Source: Candidatus Kapaibacterium sp. (GTDB lineage Bacteria > Bacteroidota > Ignavibacteria > Kapaibacteriales > UBA961). Taken from it: a DNA stretch of 41,401 bases. This document shows positions 20,330-28,362 of this stretch, piece after piece. Both the position numbers and the translations under genes were made by a program. Numbering within the stretch: position 1 is the first letter of the stretch; each line of letters begins with the position of its first letter. Under the pieces are notes generated by a model. That model was not told where the DNA came from, ran no database searches, and worked only from the letters and a program-made list of their open reading frames with translations. The DNA lies in the NCBI GenBank assembly GCA_023259575.1, contig JALRHN010000001.1, positions 1-41,401 on the forward strand, given 5' to 3'.

Positions 20330-21256
20330 ATGATATATAGTGTTTTTACTAGTTTTTTTGTGTTCATAGTACTTGGATATTTATGGCGTTATATTAAAGG
20401 AGTGCCAGATTCACATGTGCTTAGAGCTTCTATCAATAGCTTAGTTCTCTATATATTATTACCTCTGCTTACATTTTCGGTAATATATGATGCACCTTTA
20501 CATTATGAATCATGGAAAATACCTTTTATTGCTGTAATTGTAACATTGGGATGTATTGCGTTTTCTTTATGTGTCTATATGCTAATTAATAGAATATGGC
20601 CTGAAATACTGTCAAATAAGTCAATAGGTGCTTTAATATTAGGAGCTTCTTGGTGTAATGCTACATATCTTGGATATCCAATCGTTACCGGAATACTTGG
20701 TACACAATATGGATCAATTCCATTAATATATGATTTACTAGCTTTAACACCTTTATTGTGGATTATAGGAGCAATGATTGCTGGTTATTATTCTGAAGAT
20801 ACAAGTAGTTTTAAACAAAGATATATTTCTGGAATAAAAAAAATCCTTGGATTGCCTCCATTATATGCACTTTTATCTGCAATTCTCTGTAAAATATTGG
20901 ATATAGACATCCATCCAATGATATTGAAAACATGTTCTATAGCAGGTAATGCAGTTCCACCATTAATGATGATATCTGTTGGTATGGCATTATATATCCC
21001 AAAGTTGAACTCATTAGTTTTAATACTTCCTGCTGCTTTGATTCGATTAGCAATTGGCCCATTGATTGCTTATGGGCTTATCCATGTTTTGCATGTTCAG
21101 GAACCATTATCAAAAGCCATAATGTTGGAATCTGGCATGCCTAGCATGGTATTGACATTGGTAATAGCGCAAGAATATACATTAGACACAAATATCTTAG
21201 CACAATTAATAGCCTTATCAACATTATTATCAATAATTTCATTGTCTTTAATCTAG
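20330..21256 (+). CDS. AEC (auxin efflux carrier) family transporter
   Basis: 308 aa with about 10 TM segments and an N-terminus typical of the family. It starts 6 nt after the upstream stop, so the pair is a likely operon. Confidence 0.75.
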   Translation: MIYSVFTSFFVFIVLGYLWRYIKGVPDSHVLRASINSLVLYILLPLLTFSVIYDAPLHYESWKIPFIAVIVTLGCIAFSLCVYMLINRIWPEILSNKSIGALILGASWCNATYLGYPIVTGILGTQYGSIPLIYDLLALTPLLWIIGAMIAGYYSEDTSSFKQRYISGIKKILGLPPLYALLSAILCKILDIDIHPMILKTCSIAGNAVPPLMMISVGMALYIPKLNSLVLILPAALIRLAIGPLIAYGLIHVLHVQEPLSKAIMLESGMPSMVLTLVIAQEYTLDTNILAQLIALSTLLSIISLSLI

Positions 21257-21287
21257 TTGATTATTTTTAGATACTTTTCATTGCTTC

Positions 21288-22949
21288 ATGCGTAAATCAC
21301 TTATCATATTATCGATACTATTAATTCTTGGTTTCATTGGGCTTGCTTCTTTTAAAAGTCCAGACCAATCGATATTCTTAAAGATATCGCAAGCATTGGA
21401 ATTATATGGTTCGGTTTTTAAAGAAGTTACTTTGCACTATGTAGATGAAATAGATCCACTGCATATTGTTAAAAATAGCACAAAAGCTATGCTACAGGAT
21501 TTGGATCCATATTCTGAAGTTTTAGAAAACAATGAAGGCGAAGATTATGAATTATTAACTACAAATTCCTATGCAGGCTTTGGAATGGTAGTTGGTATCA
21601 TGAATGGAAAATTAACTATAGCCGAATTATATGATGGTTATTCCGCTAAAAGAAGCGGAATTAGGTCTGGTGACCATATTCTTATGATAGATTCATTACA
21701 TGTATTATATGATACAACAAATATTATAAGAAAATTTACCCGTGGTCCAATAGGTGGAAAAGTATCAATTGCTTTATTAAGGGATGGTCTACAAGATACA
21801 ATACGATTAACGTTAGTAAGAGAATCTATAAAAATTCAATCTTTGGGTTATACAGGCTTTGTTAATGATAGCATTGGATATATACATATTCAAAGATTCT
21901 CATCATCTACACCTGATGAAGTAAAAAGAACAGTGATGTCCTTTAGAAGAAAAAATCCTCGATTAGCTGGAATTATATTAGATGTAAGAGATAATCCAGG
22001 TGGCTTATTAGAAGCAGCAGTAGGAGTATGTGATGTATTTTTACCGCAAAATTCTCCAATAGTTCTTACAAAAGGAAGAACCAGAGATGATGAAAGAGTC
22101 TATACATCACAATCAATACCATTAGAACCTGAAATTCCGGTTTCTATTGTTATTAATGGAGAAAGTGCAAGTGCCAGCGAAGTTTTAGCAGGCGCTTTTC
22201 AGGATTTAGATAGAGGTATAATCGTTGGCGAACAGTCTTATGGTAAAGGTTTAGTGCAAAGTATTCTTAATCTTCCTGGCGAAAGAGCCTTAAAATTAAC
22301 AACAGCTCGATATTATACTCCATCAGGAAGATGTATACAAAAATTAATATCCAAAAGTGAAATATCTGATAGTGTTACAGCAGAAAAAGATGCAGTGTTT
22401 TATACTAAGTCTGGACGTATAGTAAAGGCTAGGCATGGCATAGCTCCAGATACAAATGTTATGTCTTACGATACCCATCCAATTATAAAATCATTAGATG
22501 AACAGAATGTGTTTTTTAGATTTGCTTCATTCTATTGTTCTTCTTTAGATAGTTTGCCAGCTAATTGGCAGGTAAAAGAAAGTGATTTTGCAAAGTTTAT
22601 AAAGTGGTTAAGTAGTCAGTCAACAATTATTTTTCCAGAGCCATATTCTTCGTTAAATCAATCTATATTCATTGCTCAACAAAATGGATATTCAAAACAA
22701 TATGTGCAGTCAATAGAAAATGTTAAGACTTTTGCCCAAAAGGATATTAAAAAGTCTTTGTTAAAATCTAAAAAAGAAGTACTTGCTTTATTATCAGAAC
22801 AAATTCTTAGTAGATTTCTTTCTGCAAAAAAAATGGGTGAATTAAAGGTTGAAAAAGACGTGCTATTAAAAAAGACAGCATTTCTGCTTAGCTCAGGAAA
22901 TTATAAACAGCTACTTTATCCCAAAAAAGTTATAAATGGCTCACATTAA
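21288..22949 (+). CDS. S41 family C-terminal processing peptidase with PDZ domain
   Basis: 553 aa with an N-terminal signal/anchor and a PDZ-like segment (GFGMVVGIMNGKLTIAELYDGYSAKRSGIRSGDHILMID). The catalytic Ser context is NGESASASEVLAGA and the Lys context is YGKGLVQ. Confidence 0.85.
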   Translation: MRKSLIILSILLILGFIGLASFKSPDQSIFLKISQALELYGSVFKEVTLHYVDEIDPLHIVKNSTKAMLQDLDPYSEVLENNEGEDYELLTTNSYAGFGMVVGIMNGKLTIAELYDGYSAKRSGIRSGDHILMIDSLHVLYDTTNIIRKFTRGPIGGKVSIALLRDGLQDTIRLTLVRESIKIQSLGYTGFVNDSIGYIHIQRFSSSTPDEVKRTVMSFRRKNPRLAGIILDVRDNPGGLLEAAVGVCDVFLPQNSPIVLTKGRTRDDERVYTSQSIPLEPEIPVSIVINGESASASEVLAGAFQDLDRGIIVGEQSYGKGLVQSILNLPGERALKLTTARYYTPSGRCIQKLISKSEISDSVTAEKDAVFYTKSGRIVKARHGIAPDTNVMSYDTHPIIKSLDEQNVFFRFASFYCSSLDSLPANWQVKESDFAKFIKWLSSQSTIIFPEPYSSLNQSIFIAQQNGYSKQYVQSIENVKTFAQKDIKKSLLKSKKEVLALLSEQILSRFLSAKKMGELKVEKDVLLKKTAFLLSSGNYKQLLYPKKVINGSH

Positions 22950-22997
22950 TATACATATGCAATTAAAGTTTATTCAAATTGTTATCATTGTGTGAGT

Positions 22998-23005
22998 TAT
23001 TTTTG
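22998..23005 (+). promoter_or_regulatory. Possible Bacteroidetes-type -7 promoter element (TAnnTTTG)
   Basis: TATTTTTG lies 54 nt upstream of the ATG at 23059. Confidence 0.3.
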
Positions 23006-23058
23006 GCAAGAAGTTTGCTGATTATTACAAAGTATTATAATGAACTAGAGATATATTT

Positions 23059-24687
23059 ATGAACAAGTGGATTATTAGACTACTTGGATGCTTATTGTTG
23101 AGCATAATTTCTCTTCAGATATCTAAAGCTCAGTTTATTCCTGACAGATTTACAAATCGCAGGATGAACTTGATGAACGATGCTACTTCGGTAGGATGGA
23201 ATCCAGCATTATTAGGATTAGTTACCAGAACAGATGCTGTTTTGGTAATTCCTTATGACCGTTCATTTCAATCAACAAGAATGATTGGTGGTTTTATTTC
23301 TTCCGATGGAGTTTCTGTTGGTTTTACTTCTGGTAGGGATTCTACTATTGATCAACCATCTGAGCCATTTAGCTTTTATGGAGGAATGGGTGTTAAAATT
23401 CCAAAATATAATGGTTGGATTGGTGCATCATTTAGATACTCAGAATTTGGTGGTAGAACAGTAAGATATATGGGATCATTAATGTATAATCCCATTCCAA
23501 AGTTTTATTTGTCTCTTGGTATGACAAATATGTATTCTGTAGACACCAAAAATCATGTCTATTCTTTAACAAGCTCTTATTCTCCTTTAGATTGGATTAC
23601 TCTTCATGGAAGATTGCAGTTCTGTCCTGATTCTGCGATTCTATACAATAAATCATATGCAAGTGAATTAGGAATAAGCACTTCATTTAATAATAAACAA
23701 ATAGTTGCATCATTTTCGACAATTCCGGAAGCTAGACAGGCTAGATTTGGACTAGAAATTGCATTCGATGTACTGTCTATAGGTTCATTAAATGAAGCTT
23801 CTACTGTAAATTCGCCAGATAGACGCTTTTCTGGTGGCAATGTTCTATTACGTATCAATCATGATTCTTTGTGGTCTGTGAATCATTATAGAGAACCTAC
23901 ACCACCAATACCTGCATGTAAAATTGATAAATCTTGCTGTGAAATGAATATTCAAGATATTCATCACTGTATTAAAAATCCTTGTGAGAATTGTCCAAAA
24001 CTAAAAAGTTCTTGTTTGGCAGGACGCCCTTCTTGTTGCAAAGCTGTAAAGCATTGTCAACATTGCACTTGCTTATGTTGTCCTGGTTGCTCTAATTGCT
24101 CAGGATGCTCTGGTTCTCCATCTCAAATTATTATCAATAATGGTAGTGGCGCTGGAAATGGAAATGGATCTGGTGGCTCTGGTGGTGTTGAAAGTAGTTC
24201 AGGTAAACCTAAACCTGTACCTGCACCTGCGCCAGTTGAACCTACGGAAGAGCCTGCTGAATCAGACAAACCTGAACCTGCTCCAATACCAGAAGAACCT
24301 TCTGAACCTCCATTTCCAGAGGTATCCGATAAACAAAGTTCTTCTAAACTGTTTTCATTGAAATCTGTATTTTTTGATTCAGCAAAATGGGATTTACGTC
24401 CAGAAAGCACAGAAGAATTAACCAGACTTTATGAGTATTTAGAAGAAAATCCAGATATATCTGTACAGATAAATGCCCATACTGATAATGTTGGATCTAA
24501 TAAAGCAAACCAAATATTATCTCAAAAAAGAGCTCAATCTGTAGTGGACTTTTTGATAGAAATGGGTATAGACTCCTCTCGATTAGAGGCAAAAGGATTT
24601 GGAGAAGAATATCCAATTGCACCAAACGATTCTGATGAAGGAAGGCAAGAAAATAGGCGGGTTGAATTTATGACAAAAAATATTTGA
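23059..24687 (+). CDS. OmpA-family envelope protein: signal peptide, unassigned ~250-aa beta-rich N-module, Cys-rich segment, Gly/Ser and Pro/Glu hinge, OmpA_C peptidoglycan-binding domain
   Basis: 542 aa with signal peptide ...SLQISKA|QF. The C-terminus (FFDSAKWDLRPES...INAHTDNVGSNKANQILSQKRAQSVVDFL...GFGEEYPIAPNDSDEGRQENRRVEF) is a canonical OmpA_C domain. The N-module is paralogous to that of the next gene. Confidence 0.8.
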   Translation: MNKWIIRLLGCLLLSIISLQISKAQFIPDRFTNRRMNLMNDATSVGWNPALLGLVTRTDAVLVIPYDRSFQSTRMIGGFISSDGVSVGFTSGRDSTIDQPSEPFSFYGGMGVKIPKYNGWIGASFRYSEFGGRTVRYMGSLMYNPIPKFYLSLGMTNMYSVDTKNHVYSLTSSYSPLDWITLHGRLQFCPDSAILYNKSYASELGISTSFNNKQIVASFSTIPEARQARFGLEIAFDVLSIGSLNEASTVNSPDRRFSGGNVLLRINHDSLWSVNHYREPTPPIPACKIDKSCCEMNIQDIHHCIKNPCENCPKLKSSCLAGRPSCCKAVKHCQHCTCLCCPGCSNCSGCSGSPSQIIINNGSGAGNGNGSGGSGGVESSSGKPKPVPAPAPVEPTEEPAESDKPEPAPIPEEPSEPPFPEVSDKQSSSKLFSLKSVFFDSAKWDLRPESTEELTRLYEYLEENPDISVQINAHTDNVGSNKANQILSQKRAQSVVDFLIEMGIDSSRLEAKGFGEEYPIAPNDSDEGRQENRRVEFMTKNI

Positions 24688-24770
24688 TAGATTAAACATA
24701 ATAACAATGCTTCTATTTATTGTACTTTCTTAATTTAGGGAAAAGTAAGTATAAATAAAGTGGATGGCGA

Positions 24771-27458
24771 ATGAAAGTACTCAAAATAATTGCTCTATTA
24801 GTACTATTTTTTACTTGTAATCTTAATGCTCAATTTTCTGCTGATTATACTTCAAATCGAAAATTGGGATTATTAAATGATGCTGGAGCAGTAGCTTGGA
24901 ACCCTGCTATGCTAGGAGTTATTTCTGGTGTAGATGTATTGGGAGCTGTGCCTTTAGATGCATCTTTTGAAAAAGTACAAGGATATGCGGGGTTTATAAA
25001 AATTGGCAATTATGCTTTCGGTTTAGAAAAACCTTCAGAGAATATATCTATTTCAAATTCTACTAGCGCATATGCTGGATTAGGTTTGCCCATTCAATCT
25101 GATCATCTATGGATTGGTGGAAGCATAAAATATACTGAATCAATAAGTAATTCGATTAGATTCTCAGCTTCAGCATTATTCTCACCTTCAATTGATCTTT
25201 TTGCTTCATTAGGTATAGATAATACTTCAACACCACTACCAAGCCAACATATTATCACTGCAATGGGTGCATTTGCACCATTACATTGGCTTACAGTTCA
25301 TGCTAGATTGCAATATTGTGCAGATTCTGCCCTTTTTTTTGGGAATGCGATTAATACTGAATTTGGGGCTAGTGCCAATCTAATTCAAGAACATATAATT
25401 GGCTCTTTAACAATCAACCCTATGCGTAAAATATTACGTATTGGAGCAGAAATCACATTAGGATTTGTATCTACTGGAATTATTCCATCTATTGGGTCTG
25501 GAGTTGATGAACAGTCGGCTGCAACTGCTCTTTTTAGACTGAATTTTTCAAAAATGCCTTCAATATCCGCACTTAAACAAAAAGATATCACTCTATCAGA
25601 AGTAAGGTCTGTTGATGCTATGTGCACTTCTTCTGCATTTGAATGGCTATCAACATATTCTGAATCTCCAGAATATATTGTGAATGCAATGAAAAATCAT
25701 GGTGGTGAATATACTGCTATGGCTGATACACTGACACAATTATCTCAAAATCCAGCTTATCTATATGATTCAATTTTTCATAAATTTTATGCAAAATATC
25801 AAAGAAATACTCTTGTTTCTGGTGCATCACAATATATTATCGCAGCAAAAAACCCAGAATTGAAAATTCTTGTCACAAAGCCTGATAGTATGCACAATCA
25901 AGATATCTTGATGAGTGTAAAGATTCTTAATGATAAAGGAAATCAAGTACAAGGAATTCTACAATCTGATCTCATGATCAAAGAAAAAAAATATGAAATA
26001 CTATCTATAGAAGAAAAAAAGGAAGATATAATTGTACCAATAGATTATATGATTGTAATGGATTGCTCTGGTAGTATGAGTAAGAAAATAAAGGAAGTGA
26101 GAAAAAATGTAGAGTTATTTGCTAAAACATTAAAAACTGCAGGAATTGATTTTCGTATTGGGGGGATTTTATATGGAGAAGAAATCATTAGCTCCTTACA
26201 ACCAACAAGTGATATTCAAGAATTTCTGACATTTTTTGAAGATGCCGATGCGATTGGTAATGATGAAATTACTTCAACAGCTATAATGAAAGCAACAGAA
26301 ATGCAGTTTCGTCCAAATGCCAAAAGAAATATTATAGTATTAACGGATGATTGCTGTATTCAAGATAATGCCCATCTCTCAGAAATACAGGTTTTGTCTG
26401 CACTATGGAATCGCGGATGCAGATTATATTCACTCATTAATAAAGAAAACAATAATAGTGGCATAATAACAAGGCTAAGTTTAGGAAAAGAATATAGTAT
26501 TAATCAGCCTTTTATCGATGTTCTGAAAGATGTGTCAAAAGAACAAGATATACACTATATAGTTAGATTAAGGCCAGTTCCTCGAGATATATATGTGAAA
26601 GGTACAGTAGTTGATGAATCTGGTTCTCTTATCCAAGGTAGTGTTACTGTGCAGGGTTTGCACCAGCAATTGACAATGAATCAGGGCGAATTTATCATAG
26701 CAGCTACTCATCTTAGTACACTAGAGCTAACCTTGCATTCCAAAGGTTATGAAAGTAAACAATGTAGTATTCCAATTATAAGACAGGGTGAATCAGACAC
26801 AATCTCAGTTGAATATTCATTAGTACCATTAGGAAAGTATATCAAAGGGCAAATTCTCGATCAAAATAAACAAGCACATTCTGGCACAATTCTTATTGAA
26901 AATGATCTTGATTTACGCGTGATTAGTAATACAAATACAGATAATCAAGGATCGTATTTTTATAGAATTCCAGATAAAGGTACATATAGAATGACACCTA
27001 ATATCCCAAATTTTATCGCACATCCTTTTGTAATATCTGCTTCGGAAGTACAGAGGGGAGACACATTACAAAAAGATTTAATGATTTCTTCAATAGAACA
27101 AGCTACTGAATCGGGTACACGTTTTAGTTTAAAGAATATCTTTTTTGAATCGAAGCAGTGGTCATTAAAACCTGAAAGTACACTTGAATTAGAAAAACTA
27201 TTAGCATTTATGGTAGATAATCCAAGTATTTCAATAGAAATTAGTGCTCATACAGATGCTATTGGAAAAACTAATGATAATGCATTATTATCAAGTAAAA
27301 GGGCAGAAGCAGTTGTAGAATATCTGGTTCAAAGAGGAATTAATAAATTTAGATTAAATGCCATTGGTTATGGAGAATCTTTGCCAATTGCAAGTAATGA
27401 CGAGGAAAATGGAAGAGAAAAAAATCGTCGAGTAGAATTTACACTTATCAAAAAATAA
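24771..27458 (+). CDS. Multidomain envelope protein: signal peptide, same N-module as the previous gene, unassigned region, vWA domain, two CarboxypepD_reg-like domains, OmpA_C domain
   Basis: 895 aa with signal peptide ...CNLNA|QF. The vWA MIDAS motif is DCSGS (nt 26061-26075) with LTDDC downstream. YVKGTVVDESGSLIQGSVTV and YIKGQILDQNKQAHSGTILI start the beta-sandwich domains. The OmpA_C region is FFESKQWSLKPES...ISAHTDAIGKTNDNALLSSKRAEAVVEYL...GYGESLPIASNDEENGREKNRRVEF. Confidence 0.8.
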   Translation: MKVLKIIALLVLFFTCNLNAQFSADYTSNRKLGLLNDAGAVAWNPAMLGVISGVDVLGAVPLDASFEKVQGYAGFIKIGNYAFGLEKPSENISISNSTSAYAGLGLPIQSDHLWIGGSIKYTESISNSIRFSASALFSPSIDLFASLGIDNTSTPLPSQHIITAMGAFAPLHWLTVHARLQYCADSALFFGNAINTEFGASANLIQEHIIGSLTINPMRKILRIGAEITLGFVSTGIIPSIGSGVDEQSAATALFRLNFSKMPSISALKQKDITLSEVRSVDAMCTSSAFEWLSTYSESPEYIVNAMKNHGGEYTAMADTLTQLSQNPAYLYDSIFHKFYAKYQRNTLVSGASQYIIAAKNPELKILVTKPDSMHNQDILMSVKILNDKGNQVQGILQSDLMIKEKKYEILSIEEKKEDIIVPIDYMIVMDCSGSMSKKIKEVRKNVELFAKTLKTAGIDFRIGGILYGEEIISSLQPTSDIQEFLTFFEDADAIGNDEITSTAIMKATEMQFRPNAKRNIIVLTDDCCIQDNAHLSEIQVLSALWNRGCRLYSLINKENNNSGIITRLSLGKEYSINQPFIDVLKDVSKEQDIHYIVRLRPVPRDIYVKGTVVDESGSLIQGSVTVQGLHQQLTMNQGEFIIAATHLSTLELTLHSKGYESKQCSIPIIRQGESDTISVEYSLVPLGKYIKGQILDQNKQAHSGTILIENDLDLRVISNTNTDNQGSYFYRIPDKGTYRMTPNIPNFIAHPFVISASEVQRGDTLQKDLMISSIEQATESGTRFSLKNIFFESKQWSLKPESTLELEKLLAFMVDNPSISIEISAHTDAIGKTNDNALLSSKRAEAVVEYLVQRGINKFRLNAIGYGESLPIASNDEENGREKNRRVEFTLIKK

Positions 27459-27468
27459 TATCAGTTTG

Positions 27469-27521
27469 GAACTTATTAAGCTCACTAGTAAGTTTCCGAG
27501 ATAAGTTCAACAATTTTTTTT
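27469..27521 (+). terminator. Possible terminator/attenuator after the vWA-OmpA gene
   Basis: GAACTTAT (27469-27476) pairs with ATAAGTTC (27501-27508) across a 24-nt loop that has internal pairing. AACAA and T8 (27514-27521) follow. The loop is long, so confidence is low. Confidence 0.3.
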
Positions 27522-27540
27522 CAGATTAAAAGATATTTTT

Positions 27541-28233
27541 ATGACACGTTTTTCTCTGTTTTTTTTAGCGATGATGATTTCTGTAATTGGCTCATCATGT
27601 TCAGATTCAAGTACTGATGCAAGTTCTACAAATTCAAAATTGATGGTAGTTCATGCATCACCTGATGCCCCTGGAGTTGATATTGCAGTAGATAACAATA
27701 AAATAAGTGGCAGTGCATTAACTTTTCCTAATAATAGCGGATATGTTGCAGTTACTCCAGGAACAAGAAATATTAAAGTTTTTCCTGCAGGGTCTTCAAC
27801 ATCATTATTTAGCTTTGATCAAGTTTTTCCAGAATCTAAATTTTATACTGTATTTGCTTTAGATTCTTTGAGTAAGATAACGTTATTGCTTGTTGAAGAT
27901 GCAATTCCAGCAGTTGTTACAGGCAAAGCGCATGTACGTTTTTTGCATTTATCTCCAAATGCTCCAGCTGTAGATATTTCAGTTAAAGATGGTCCATCAC
28001 TTTTCTTAAATAGATCATTTAATAGACAATTTTCATCATCACAAAATGTGTTTTTACCTGTAGATGCAGGAACATATAATATTGATGTAAAAGTAGCTGG
28101 AACAACAACTGTAGCATTGCCTTTAACAGGAATTACATTTGAATCTGGCAAGGCATATACAATTTTTGCACGTGGTTTCTTAGGTGGAACTGGTGTATCA
28201 GCTTTGGGTGCCCAAATAATTGTAAATAGATAA
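27541..28233 (+). CDS. DUF4397 domain lipoprotein (two tandem DUF4397 repeats)
   Basis: 230 aa with a lipoprotein-like signal (MMISVIGSSC). Two repeats are present: LMVVHASPDAPGVDIAVD...YTVFA and HVRFLHLSPNAPAVDISV...YTIFARG. Confidence 0.7.
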   Translation: MTRFSLFFLAMMISVIGSSCSDSSTDASSTNSKLMVVHASPDAPGVDIAVDNNKISGSALTFPNNSGYVAVTPGTRNIKVFPAGSSTSLFSFDQVFPESKFYTVFALDSLSKITLLLVEDAIPAVVTGKAHVRFLHLSPNAPAVDISVKDGPSLFLNRSFNRQFSSSQNVFLPVDAGTYNIDVKVAGTTTVALPLTGITFESGKAYTIFARGFLGGTGVSALGAQIIVNR

Positions 28234-28251
28234 AATAGTTAAGCTAATTAT

Positions 28252-28285
28252 GGGGTCTGTTGCTTTTGCATCAGACCCTTTTTTT
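28252..28285 (+). terminator. Rho-independent terminator after the DUF4397 gene
   Basis: GGGTCTG-t-TGC-tttt-GCA-t-CAGACCC followed by TTTTTTT. Confidence 0.75.
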
Positions 28286-28362
28286 ATATCCCTACATTTC
28301 CTCATCTCTGTCTTCTAGTAAAAAACTGTATTTTAGTAAAAGTATACACATAAAAGAAGATC

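Noticed and set aside
24123-24410. 95-aa minus-strand ORF and 73-aa + strand ORF (24140-24361), rich in G/S/P or L/N
   Set aside because: These are mirror and shifted-frame artefacts of the Gly/Ser and Pro/Glu low-complexity hinge. The main frame continues into a canonical OmpA_C domain.
27843-28151. 102-aa antisense ORF within the DUF4397 gene. Similar antisense ORFs occur at 8012-8272, 12441-12936, 16079-16789, 17799-17996, 18676-18906, 23604-23858, 25385-25627, 28685-28876, 30108-30368, 31000-31203, 32727-32939, 33152-33645, 34193-34414, 39507-39689 and 40036-40224.
   Set aside because: All are fully nested in, or antisense to, genes with strong family signatures, and none has a recognisable motif. 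I treat them as shadow ORFs.
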